Source: Octopus sinensis (taxonomy: Eukaryota). Taken from it: a stretch of DNA of 64,000 nt. The notes under the pieces were generated by a model that ran no database searches, was not told the origin of the DNA, and saw only the letters and a list, made by a program, of their open reading frames with translations. The stretch is from NCBI RefSeq assembly GCF_006345805.1, contig NC_042997.1, positions 51,832,001-51,896,000 on the forward strand. Reading direction: 5' to 3'. Each line of letters opens with the position of its first letter. Positions within the stretch are counted from its first letter, which is position 1. Shown here piece after piece: positions 26,470 to 38,375 of the stretch. The position numbers and the translations under genes were made by a program.

Positions 26470-27325
26470 TGAATGTACAACTAAGTGCAAATGTGCTGAG
26501 AGAAAAGTCGGGTATAAGAGGAATCAGACGCTGTATACAAGAGAGAAACTACAGTGGTTTTGACATGCGATGCATATAAATGAAAGCAGCTGTATAAAGG
26601 ATATGCCAACCATTTAAAGTAGATACTATCTGTGGAAAAGGGAGACAAAACATGGGATGAAGTAATGAGGACTGATCTCAAGACATTGGGCCTCACAGAG
26701 GAGAGGACAATGGACTGAGATGTCTGGTGATATGAGGTTCTTGAGAAGACCCACCCACCTCAGTGAAACTGAGTTCCAGAAGCACTGTGGGTTCTGCCGA
26801 CATGTAACATTACCCTGCCCCAATAAACCAATCTACTCCTCTCGTTCCTCACATCTCTTCTTCATGCACTATATTTATCTCTTCCTCCCTGAGGCCCACT
26901 TTTGAAGCCCAATTCTGTCTTCATGTCCCTGCCAACTGAATTGTTGCCTCCTCCCCATACATCTGGGCTACATCAGTCACTGCATTATCCCCCTTCCCCA
27001 CTTTTGAATTCACATGAACTCTTTATTCATGTACCTTACACATCCTTGTACCTTGAGAGTATACCCTGGCTCATCATCCCTCTCTCTTTCTCTCTCTCTC
27101 ACGTAGGTAATTATGTATCTCCTTTGTAGCAAGACACCTATTTCTGTCACTCTATCATACTGTAACCTCTCATCACCTGGAACAAAGCCAACTCCATCAG
27201 TATCACTTTCCCTCTCAGTTGAGCGATCTTTGTCTTGCAAATAATTTGGTGACATCACTGGTGCCAGTGCCATGTAAAAAGCATCCTGTCCACTCTATAA
27301 AGTGGTTGGCATTGGGAAGGAATGG
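26470..27325 (+). mobile_element. Degenerate RTE LINE 3' portion
   Basis: LREKSGIRGIRRCIQE, TWDEVMRTDLKTLGL, then a pyrimidine-rich UTR and gccatgtaaaaagcatcc...gtggttggcattgggaagg. Confidence 0.75.
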
Positions 27326-27466
27326 CGATAAGCTATTTTAAATGATTTGGTAAAAAGTTGCAGTTCACTAATAAGTTGACAGTAGTGTTGGATGTGGATT
27401 CAGTGTATATAGAGTAAATAACTGTGGAATAGGAGATTAGAAGTTCAAGGAGTTATTTCTTCCAAT

Positions 27467-27815
27467 CTTTTACTTGTTCTAATCATCAGACTGTGCCCAT
27501 GCTGGGGCACTACCTTGAAGAACATTTAGTCAATCAAATCAACCCTAGTACTTATATATTTTTGAAGCCTAGTACTTATTTTTATCAGATTTTATCGGTC
27601 TCTTTTGTCCACCTGCTAATTCATGGGGATATAAACACACCAACATTGGTTGTCAAGGGGTGGTGGGGTTAGACATGAACACACACTCACAAATGTATGA
27701 GCTTCCTTTAGGTTTTGTCTCCCAAATCTAAAGACACTTGTTGAGTGTGCCACACAAGGGAACTGAACTCAGAACCATGTGGTTGGCAAGCCAGCTTCTT
27801 ACCACACAGCTACAC
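27467..27815 (-). mobile_element. tRNA-derived SINE with CR1-type tail
   Basis: Reverse complement shows the ggtaagaagctggcttgcc...ggttctgagttcagttccc head and the ...tgccccagcatgggcacagtctga tail. Confidence 0.75.
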
Positions 27816-29214
27816 TTGCAATGTTGATAGAAGTCTGACTTTTTGAAGATGATTGACTGTATGATGTATGTGTAAAAGATGCTGTGTAAAAATAAAACTA
27901 GGCTGATGAACTCTGAAGACTTGAGATGAATGGGGAGAGATGAATATAGCTTATTTGTGTAATGTCAATTTTATGAGAAAGACTAAGTGCAAGTTAGTTA
28001 AAAAAAAGTTGCTTGACACTATAAGCATTGACTAATATAAATAGGAGAAGCAACGGTATTGATATGAATAAACAATATATCCCATTTTTTAATGCAGAAT
28101 TAGTGTATAAACTTACCATAGATGTCAATAATGACACTTGAAATTTATCTCTCTTACATTCTGATGATTGCATATTCATATTTTTTGATTTCAGTACAAT
28201 GCAGTCACAAATATTGTACTGAGACATACCTGCTATCTGTGTGTGTGTGTGTGTGTGTGTGTATGAGTGCACACACACACATATATATATAATTCACACA
28301 TGCATGGATAGACTTTTGTTGAGCTAGGCTACAATAAATGCTGAAGATGCATTGATCTGAAAGAATAACAAAGAAAGACAGCATGCCAAAAAACTGAGTA
28401 ACAATGGCGTGAATCACCAGCATGGAATATGTGTGTGTGTGTGTGTTGTTTTTGGTTTGCAAGATTCTTTATGTGAATTCATGTGTTGGAGCATATTTTA
28501 TTGCCTGGGGAGAGTCATTCTCTTTTAGTGCCTTATTACTTAACATACAGGTTGATTTCCACACATTTACATATTTATTTTTTAAAACTTTTTGTTGCGT
28601 CTTGCAACCGTTTCAATTGTCGTTGACTCTGTCCATTATCAGAGCTGTGTACTTTTTGTTTGTTTGTGTGCATCAGTGTACATGTGTATACATGTATGTT
28701 TGTATGTATATATATATGTATGTGTGCATGTGCTCTGTGTGTATGCACATATGTGTGTGTATGTGTACATTTGTATATATATATGTATTCTGCATATTCA
28801 TGTGTTTGTGTATATACATCTGTCTCTTTGTGTGTGCATGTTTGAGTGTCTATGTGTATGGGTTTGTTTGACTATGTGTGTGCATCTTATGTATAGATAG
28901 GTGTCTCCATGTGTGTTCTTGTGTGTGTATATGTATATGATCATGTCTTTAGTTTTCATTTGTGTATGTATGTGTGTGTGTGCTTGTTTGTATTACCTAT
29001 GTACCTGTCTATCCATCTGTTTACTTACATATCCATTTACCTATACACACACACACACGTCTACATAACAGCCTACTAACAACTCTACTTGTGTGTATAT
29101 AAACTGTGGGTATAGAGGTGTGACTACCTTTTACGTATATTTCCTATCTAGTACTAGGGATGTTTCATTCATGAGAACATACTCCTGTATATATATATAT
29201 GCATGTATTATTTA

Positions 29215-29583
29215 GGCATGATTGTGTGGTTAAGAAGCTTGCTTTCCAAGCATGTGATCTTGGGTTCATTTCCACTGCGCAGCACCTTGGACAAGTGCCT
29301 TCTACTATATCCCTCGGCTGACCAAAGCCTTATTAGTAAATTTGTAAATGAAAACTGAAAGACAAATGTATGTATACACATGCACACACTGTATACATAC
29401 AGGGTATCTGCATGTATACATACATATGTATCTGCATGTGTGTTTGTATTTGTATTGTTTGTGGTTTGGCAGAAAGAGACTAAAAATAAGTACTAGAGTT
29501 GATTTATTTCTTCAACTAGATCCTTCAAGCCAATACCCCAGCATGGCTGGTGTCCAATGACTGAAACAAGTAAAACAGAAAAG
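29215..29583 (+). mobile_element. tRNA-derived SINE with CR1-type tail
   Basis: gtggttaagaagcttgc...gggttcatttcc...accttggacaagtgcc...cccagcatggctgg...atgactgaaacaagtaaaa. Confidence 0.85.
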
Positions 29584-30403
29584 ATCATATATAAAGCTGA
29601 CTCATCTTTTTCTTGAGCTCTAGAGTTTTGCATATTTTATTCTTCATATAATGCACCTTTGAATTACGTTCAGGAAGCTTGATTTATGATACTGAGTGTA
29701 GACATTATAATACTAGGGAATTATGGCAAGAGAGACTGAATGAAAATGCATGTCATTGAGAATTTGTAACATAGATTTGTTTTGTTGACATAAAAATAAT
29801 ACCTCAATTTATGTGTAAAATGTTAATAATCATATTTTTGTAATGTTAGTATATATCTAGTGCATGCTCAATGTATGCATTGGAATACACATACAGTAAA
29901 AATCATGATAATTATACTTAAGTTACTCACTATAAGCTGATACATTTGATAATGCACTAAAACACTTTACAATGTTTTATAAGAATAGATTAGATTGTTC
30001 AACATTTCGTAGTGTAAGCTGAAATTTATGAAATTATAAAGATTGAAGTTCATTAATGATAAAAGGTAAGACAAAGGAATGAATGTGTAAATGAAGTTTA
30101 AGTTTTGAAAATAGGACAATGCACTTATAACTAAAAATGAAAAAGAACAAATTAGACGCATGTTGGAAATTTCTGTTAATTAAATATTAAGAAAGAGATG
30201 AAACAAAATTAAGCTAATAGAATAAATAGCTAACGAAAGAAAAACACCACATAGCGCAAAAATATGTAATTGTTATTAGTGTGGCATATATATAAATACA
30301 CACACACACACACATGCACACATATTTATCTATTTGTTTTGCAAGATTCCTGATGTGAATTCGTGTGTTGAAACCGACATTGTTATATTTTGAGATGATC
30401 TTG

Positions 30404-30568
30404 TTTTTTTTCATGCCAATTAAACACAACACATGCACTATATATTCATTCTTCACTTCAGCTTTATTGTTGTTTTTATAAAGGACACTAAAATAAGAAC
30501 AATAATAAAGCTAAAGTGAAGAATGAATATGTAGTGTGTGTGTTGTGTTTATTTGGCATTAAAAAAAA
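30404..30568. repeat. Inverted repeat / hairpin with 71-bp arms
   Basis: 30404-30474 pairs with 30498-30568 (about 7 mismatches by eye), 23-nt loop. Confidence 0.9.
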
Positions 30569-30606
30569 TGTCCATCCTGAAATATATATATATATATATA
30601 TATATA

Positions 30607-30853
30607 GGATCGCGGTTTCGATTCCCAGACCGGGTGTTGTGAGTGTTTATTGAGCGAAAACACCTAAAGCTCCATGAGGCTCCGGCAGGGGGTGGTGGTG
30701 ATCCCTGCCGTACTCTTCACCACAACTTTCTCTCTTTTTTCTGTTGGCCTGCTCGCTTAGCCGGTGGGGTGGCGTCGTTTCAAACGAAGGCTAAAACAAT
30801 GCGAAGCGCATTGTGACCAGCGATGTGTAGCAACATCTGATGGCCTGGTTGGT

Positions 30854-30859
<6 letters not shown>
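30607..30859 (+). mobile_element. 5'-truncated tRNA-derived SINE embedded in (TA)n
   Basis: Starts at B box ggtttcgattcc and shares ~125 bp with the reverse complement of 35750-35885; different 3' part ending ggtcacgtga. Confidence 0.85.
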
Positions 30860-30885
<26 letters not shown>

Positions 30886-31022
30886 GGTAAGACAACAAAA
30901 AAAAGAAAGAGCACTTTTCCAATGGCCGAATAACTGAAGAGATGGCAGCGTGGATTTCCACCTTGGCATCTGAAACTCGGAGTTTTATCATGGCTACCGA
31001 ATAATTGTGAGATAGTGGTGGG

Positions 31023-31094
31023 GGATGTATAGCTTAATGGTTAGAGCATTCAGCTAGTATCTGAGGAGTATGGGTTCAAGTCTCATAGCTGCAT
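31023..31094 (+). pseudogene. tRNA-Thr(AGT)-like pseudogene or SINE head
   Basis: A box tagcttaatggttagagc, anticodon arm ttcag-ctagtat-ctgag, T arm atggg-ttcaagt-ctcat; the acceptor stem does not pair. Confidence 0.55.
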
Positions 31095-31196
31095 TCTGGC
31101 AACTTTTTTCTGTCTTATAAAGGTAAATTCCCAATCTTTCTCTGCTGTCTTTAGTTTTACTGCATTTGAAATTGACCTTTTTGTCTGCACTATATA

Positions 31197-31255
<59 letters not shown>

Positions 31256-31257
<2 letters not shown>

Positions 31258-31478
31258 TCATCAAACATCTGTTGTCCATGCTGGCATGGGTTGGACAGAT
31301 TGACTAGGACTGGTAAGCTGGGGGCTACACCAGGCTCCAGTCTGATTTGGCATGGTTTCTATGGTTGGATGCCCTTCCTAACGATAACCACTTCAAGAGT
31401 GTAACGGGTGCTTTTACATGCTACTGGCATGGGTGCCAGTTTTATGACACCAGTATCTGCCACAACAATGATTTCTCT
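31256..31478 (-). mobile_element. RTE 3' tail fragment
   Basis: tcatcatc...ccatgctggcatgggttggac...ggatgcccttcctaac...ggtgcttttacatg is the reverse complement of the 19150-19324 tail. Confidence 0.85.
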
Positions 31479-31873
31479 TTGCTTGATATATACATACTTA
31501 TGGACTGTTGACGAATTTTTTCCTCCTTCCTTTTCTTTTGGACTTTCCTATGTCTCCTGTTTCCGAAGAAGCGCTATGCTCAAAATGTAAAACAACCACT
31601 CTTTCCTTCTTTGAGTGTCTTATTAATACTTTGCATGTATTATGTCCTTATGTTGTTGTTTTTTTCTCTGTGTTTTTTTTAATTAACTATTTACTGCATG
31701 TTCACACAGTCCCCTGTCCTTCTAAACTGGCTTTGGAGTACCTGATTCATGGATTTCTTTCTACTACCAGATTACTCACCTTATTCATTCAGAGTATGCT
31801 ATTTCTGCACCTTACACACACACACACACACATATTTATATGTATATAAATATACATGTGTATCAAACATATA

Positions 31874-33159
31874 CATGTGTATTGAAAAGTTTCCTGACTA
31901 GTTATGTTTAATAAAAAATAACTTATTTACCTAAGTTTCAACATCATCTCATTTGAAATAGTTACCTTATGCAGCAATACACAGGTCCCAGCATTCCTGT
32001 CACCTTTGGAATCCAGCATGGACGTTGTTTTCTGTAAGCGAATGAGGACCTTCTGCAATTTGTTCTGAATCTCAACAACAGGGTAAAATGGTGACTTTTG
32101 ATTTGCGTTTTCATCTTGGGGAAGAGATGGAAGTCTGCAGGTGCTAAATCTGGTGAATAGGGTGGGTGTAGAAGCAGTGCCATGTTGTTTTTGGAAAGAA
32201 ACTCGCAAGTGAGGAGAGCTTGGTGACAGGGTGCATTGATGTCATGAAGAATCCAATTCTTCATACTTCACAGATCCGGTACTTCAAAATGTCACAGTAG
32301 AACTTTTGATTGATTGTTTGGCCCTGGGGGATGAATTCTCAATGCCCTCTACCACAGATGTTGAGAAAAAAATGATGAGCATTCTCTTGAGCTGCAGCTC
32401 TGTTGTACATTCTTCAGTCATGGAGATGAAGGGCTCCTCTATTGTGATGATTGCTGCTTCATCTCAGGGTTGTACCCGTAGGACCACCTCATCACCAGTG
32501 ATGATCCTCAATATGAAGGATGAGTTATCAGCGGCACACTGACAGATATCTTGACAGACTTCAACATAATGTTCTTTCTGTTCATTGGTCAATAGGCAGG
32601 GGGAAAACTTGGTGCAAGACTTGCCGCATGTTCTATTCAGACATTAGAATAGCCTGCATAGACCCAAACGACAAACCAACAACATCAGCAATGTCATTAA
32701 TTCATCTTTTGATGATCTTCATGCATAAGCTGATGAATTTTCTTCACATTTCCAAGGGTGACACTCATTCAGGTCTTCTAGATTGCTCATCATTTTCCTG
32801 GGACGTTCTGCTTTTGAAGTGCCTGTGTCACTTAAAACATTGTGTATGACCCATTGCCTTATTGCAGTAAGCTTGTTGAAGCATGCTCAATGTCTCTACT
32901 GCAGACTTCCTAAGTTTAACACAAAATTTCATGTTGGCTCTTTGTTCCAACTGCCTGTCCATGACAAAATTGCAGACTATAGCATACAGTTGATCACAAA
33001 AAAAAAAGAAAATTCACAACTTGTGAAGTAAACACAATGATGTCACTCAGCACACTGCCTCATGAAGGTCACTGCTAGCTCTCACTGTGCACACAACTGT
33101 GTGCTGCCACCTGTTGCCACACTACAAAACTAGTCCAAAACTTTTTGATATCACCTTTG
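31874..33159 (-). mobile_element. Mariner (DD34D-type) transposon, degenerate, 1286 bp
   Basis: TA at 31872-73 and 33160-61; ~30-bp TIRs (…aaaagtttcctgactagt / actagtccaaaactttttgata…). Transposase remnants: MDRQLEQRANMKFCVKLRKSAVETL from ATG 32962 and HPPYSPDLAPADFHLFPKMK. Confidence 0.92.
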
Positions 33160-33243
33160 TATAGTTAGATAGATAGCTATTGAATCATATACATATATGA
33201 GCTGCTAATGTATGAACTTGGGATATAATAGATTTTATAATTA

Positions 33244-33307
<64 letters not shown>

Positions 33308-34841
33308 CATTGAATTTATTTGCATTCATATGTTTCCTAGAGTTTTATCATCACATATATGTTGATAAAGAGACATTTTTTATTGCTTTACAGCTTCAAG
33401 GTCAAATTTATTCTTCATACTCATAATTTACCTAATTTGCATAGTTCAAATAATGTTATTTGAGCTGCAGAGATTGTAATTTTATTGAAGGATGTTTGAA
33501 AAGTAACATACAAAATGTAACAACGAAAATAACCGTACAATGAAGCAACAAATGATATGTTCTTTATTTTATGAATATTTACTTGATTACATTTCTTTCT
33601 TAACAGCATCTGCTCTTAATTTCTGTATTCTGATAATGTGAGGATTAAGATCTCATTAGCTAATTCACTCGTTTCTTCTATCTATCTGTTTAATTCTAGT
33701 GATACCTTCTTTCAGTGTTACTGTCATTTATAGTACACAATACTATATTATAACTTCACTCTAGCTTACATTTAAGGCTAGCTTTCAGTTGTCAATGCCT
33801 GTTACTATTTCTATAATAGCCTGTATTACTTTCTAATGTTTCAGTTGTGTACTATGTTTCTATTGTGTCCTCCTAATTTTTAGCCTACATGCTTATCGAA
33901 GTGTTTTTATATTCACTGCACTCAGCAGTAGCTGCAAAATAAAACTAATATGTAACTAATAAAACGACCACTGATATTTGTAGTTCAATAAGTACTCTAT
34001 CACTGGTTGACATTAGGAAATGTATCAAACTGGAGAAGAGAGGATGTCAACCTAAATATCCAATCAATACATGCCAGCAAAAGAAAATGAATATTAAGCA
34101 TGTATACTTTTTGTGTTTTTGATTTCAGGATGAATAAAAACATTAATTGGTGATAATAAAACCTTGCATATAGCTGAGAAATCATATTTAATAGAATATA
34201 ACTCAAAACATTATCTATTCTTTTGCATATTGGGAATATTATTTTTTAAATTTACACTATCATTATTTGTGTGTGTGTGTGTGTGTGTCATCCACACACT
34301 CTCATTCCCTCCCATGACACACTGTCTGTATCCTCTCTTATGCTCACTTTCTTGTTCCTTGACAGTTTGCTCTAGCAATCCATTATGACCTTCTTATCTC
34401 CTTCAGTTATGTATCTCTTCTGCAGCAAGAAAGATGGACATGTCCCTCTGTTATACTTTAGCCTTTCAACACCTGATGTAAGGCCACCCTCCCCCAACTT
34501 CCTCTCTCAAATATTTCTTTTTAGTAGTGTGAGCTGTTTCCTTTTCCTCTGTTCTTTTATGCCTTGCAAGTTCCATGGCAACCTGTGAGAACCAATGCAG
34601 CACGGATTATGATTAAATAAATATAGAGTGATATCCACATGTGTCTAATATTGCTGTGAAATTAGGCTTTGTGAGGGCTTGTTTAGCATATCAGATGTAG
34701 ATCAAACCAGCCAACTTTTTTCCTGTTCTTACACTTTAAATAACAAATAGTGAAGTACTAAAATAATTTCCTTCCTTTTTAAAAAAAAAAAAAAATTTAT
34801 TTTCTTAGACTTGAGGTGGCTCTTTCAAGAATGAATATGCT

Positions 34842-34879
<38 letters not shown>

Positions 34880-34893
34880 CTTAAACATAAACA

Positions 34894-35244
34894 GATATAG
34901 CTGCGTGTTTAAGAAATTTACTTTGTGGCCAGATGGTTTTGGGTTCAGTTCCACTGCTTGGCATCTTGAGCAAGTGTCTTTTACTACAGCCCTAGGCCAA
35001 CCAATACCTTGTGTGTAGATGGAAACTATATGAAACCTTATATGTGTGTGTCCTTCCATCACTTGACAACTGTTACTGGTGTGTTTCCATCCCCGTAACC
35101 TTGTGGTTCTTCAAAAAGAAACTGATATATAATTATCAAGCATAAAAATAAGTAATAGGATTGATTTGTTTGACTGAACCTTTCAAGGCAGTGCCCCAGC
35201 TTGGCTTCAATCCAATGACTGAAACAAATAAAAGATAAAAGATA
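34894..35244 (+). mobile_element. tRNA-derived SINE with CR1-type tail
   Basis: gggttcagttcc...cttgagcaagtgtc...ggcagtgccccagcttggc...atgactgaaacaaataaaagataaaaga. Confidence 0.85.
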
Positions 35245-35546
35245 TGAACTAGATATTATTCTAGTTTAAAATCTCATGGCTACCTCTTACCTTTCTAACA
35301 CTTGTGTAACTACTGAGCACACCAGATTCTTAAAACTTTGCCAGCAACCACTTTTATTGAAATTTTATTACCAAAATATTATTATGCACAATGGAATATT
35401 CAATTAAAGTTTTATTCCATAGTTTTGATGCACATATTTAAATCATGTAACAGAGCATTTTGTTTTTTAGACCATTTTGTTTTTTACTTCCACCTCTTCT
35501 ACTTCTTTTGATTGCCTGTTATAAAAAAAAAGGTACAATCACTTGT

Positions 35547-35933
35547 GGTGGAAGCACTCCATCGGTTACGACGATGAGGGTTCCGGTTGATCCGATCAAC
35601 GGAACAGCCTGCTCGTGAAATTAACATGTAAGTGGCTGAGCACTCCACAGACACGTGTACCCTTAACGTAGTTCTTGGTGATATTCAGCATGACACAGAG
35701 AGTGACAAGGCCGGCCCTTTGAAATACAGGTACAACAGAAACAGGAAGTAAGAGTGAGAGAAAGTTGTGGTGAAAGAGTACAGCAGGGATCACCACCATC
35801 CCTGCCGGAGCCTCGTGGAGCTTTTGATGCTTTCGCTCAATAAACACTCACAACGCCCGGTCTGGGAATCAAAACCGCGATCCTACGACCGCGAGTCCGC
35901 TGCCCTAACCACTGGGCCATTGCGCCTCCACAA
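35547..35933 (-). mobile_element. Full-length young tRNA-derived SINE with 12-bp TSD
   Basis: A box tggcccagtggttagg and B box ggttttgattcc on the minus strand; CpG-rich; acaatcacttgt duplicated at 35535-35546 and 35934-35945. Confidence 0.92.
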
Positions 35934-37287
35934 ACAATCACTTGTATAAATGCATATAAACCCATAGGTTTATGAAGAGCTGCAAATGAATGCTGAAAAT
36001 AATAGGGAAAGCATTATTTTTTTGCTTTTTTCTTTAACTGTATTCACTGTATATACCTATAAGTAGCTGACACATTTTTAATGGTTCATGAAGAACATTT
36101 TCAAAAATTTATTTTGTGTGCAAATATTTGCATAAACTAACTGGTCACAAATGCTATTAGAGATGATTTATTTATTCCCAAAATTGACATTGTTTTAAGA
36201 TTTAAGCTGTCATATGGCTGAAACCTTGATTTTTATCAATATAAGATTTTAATTTCCATTAGCATATATTATAAATTGCTTCAATTTTGTGAAATTTGTG
36301 AAACATCATCACTTTCATTTTGCCATTTTCTTCATTTGTTGATTAATTTCATCAACGTCTTGATAGTCTGTTTCTTTGTATGGATACTGTTAGGCTAAGT
36401 TACTTCATGATCTGCTAATTCTTTACAAAAATGTTTCAATCAATCCTAAACATTTGCATTATCTTTCATTGAAACAAACTTTTCTCCAATGTTAGTTATT
36501 TCTCAATTTCATTTTGTTGGGGAATGTCTTTGTATGATTAACACAATATGGCAAAATATGTTTTTAAACAGCTCTCAAGTTGCTTGTCACATTTTCCTAT
36601 AGTTCATGAATATTTTCACTTACGTCTTTTAAGTGAATTGTTCTCAAAACTTTACCATTGAAATTGCATTTTCTCTCATTGTAACTAAAAGTAGAAATTA
36701 CTTCCTGACTATAAAAGAGATATCATATTTGTTGGGTAAAATATTGCTTTCATTTTCTTCACACAAGTCACTAAGTGCAATATCATGACCAGGGATATTC
36801 TCTCAAATAAATAACTCTTTGAAAGTAAGACTGTTTTTCCTGCAGAATAGGTCAAAAGCTAATATTCAAAATGAGATCACTCATAGCTTACGGGAACACC
36901 AACATACCATTAGAGATTGTTGGTTATATCCTTTAAGAGTCTTGAGGTTCTGTGTAATACACATAGGTTTTTTTGTTGTATTTATATATGATCTTTATGG
37001 TGATAATATAGGTCCACAGTGTCCAGTTCTTTAAACATCTGTTATAATAGAATATTTTGATTCATCAATGTTATCCAAGTGATACACCATATAACTGCCC
37101 CATACATCAAACTTGTTACCTTGAGTAGACTTTGCTGCACACAAACATACAAAAGGTATGTAAAATCATAACATCATTAGTATAGCAATATCGTGGTCTG
37201 AGTTTATGATGTGCAGATTTTTGTTACTATTAAAAATAGACTCTAAGACTTTCATTAAAAACAATAATTTGGTACAATAATGGAACT

Positions 37288-37856
37288 AGTAAAGATTGTT
37301 TGCCAACATAACATGACAGTCCCGGTTTAGGATGAATATTGCTGTAATTTAGCCCCAGGAGACATTGTCTCAAGCTGGTTATGACACAATCTGTGTCCTT
37401 ACAGCAACATTCATCCTAAACCGGGACTGCTATGTTATGTTGGCAAACAATCTTTACTTTAAAGTACTGCTGTGAGATTTAAAAATAGTAATTTTCTAAT
37501 ATATATAGACCAGTGACTAGTTGTCACTTTGAAAACTATATATTTTGAACGGGAATTTGGCAGCACCACCTCTATCCGAACAATTATTCTGTGCTGATGA
37601 AGGGAAATAACCCGGAAATCGCGATACATGGATATTGTTTTGAGCTGAGTGGGGGTGCTAGATTCCCTTGTTCAAAAATATAAGGATGCAGATCATGTCG
37701 TATAGCTTGCTGGAGACGATGTCTCCTGGGGCTAAATTACGGCAACATTCGTCCTAAACTAGGACTGCCATGTTATGTTGGCAGACAATCTTTTTTACAT
37801 AGTTCTGTTGCTGAATATCTCACGTTGTGAGATTTAAAAATAGTAATTTTCTAATA
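37288..37856. repeat. Nested foldback element
   Basis: 37288-37347 pairs with 37399-37458 (57/60). 37288-37401 also pairs with 37681-37798, and 37537-37572 pairs with 37647-37682. tgtgagatttaaaaatagtaattttctaata is repeated directly at ~37471 and ~37826. Confidence 0.9.
37588..37632 (+). ncRNA. Candidate minimal type I hammerhead ribozyme
   Basis: UCUGUG-CUGAUGA-A-GGG-AAAUAA-CCC-G-GAAA-U-CGCG-A-UA-CAUGGA. Helix I is 6 bp, helix III is the palindrome AUCGCGAU, and the AUA triplet predicts cleavage after 37626. Confidence 0.7.
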
Positions 37857-38197
37857 ACGGATCTGTTCATTGTTAATATATTCTGGCAGATTCAAGCATG
37901 AACATGCTCAATGTTGTTATATTTCATCTTTGAAGAACATCTCCCTTTAGAGAATGTGTGTTCATAACACATGATTCATTGGCATAAGGGGACTTTGAAA
38001 CATTGATGTGTTATGACCTCAATGTATGTCTATTCAGTCAAAGCTATCCCAAATCAGTGAATCTAAACGATAGTATTGACTGTAGTTTATAGTATTTAAG
38101 TCATCTAAGCAATACAAGAAGATATTCATAGTAGAAATACAGAGTGCATAGGATATTAATGTGTATTAATTATTTAGTGCCAATATTAAGTCAATAA

Positions 38198-38375
38198 GGT
38201 GGTGAGCTGGCAAAATCACTTGCACACTGGCAAAATGTTTGTCCAAGGTCGACTTTGCCTTTCATCTTTCTTGGGTTAATAAAAGAAGTACCAGTTGAGC
38301 AGGGGTGGGGATGTAATTGACTAGCACCCCACTCCTCAAATTTCAGGTTTTGTGTTTATAGTAAAAAGGAATATT
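38198..38375 (+). mobile_element. SINE with Nin/Deu-type core
   Basis: gactttgcctttcatctttcttgggttaataaaagaagtaccagt resembles the Nin/Deu core GCCTTTCATCCTT..GGGGTCGATAAA..AGTACCAG. Confidence 0.7.

Noticed and set aside
28455-30375. Shared ~40-bp tttgcaagattc...gtgaattc.tgtgttg motif at 28455 and 30338
   Set aside because: Probably fragments of another repeat family, but I could not define ends or class.
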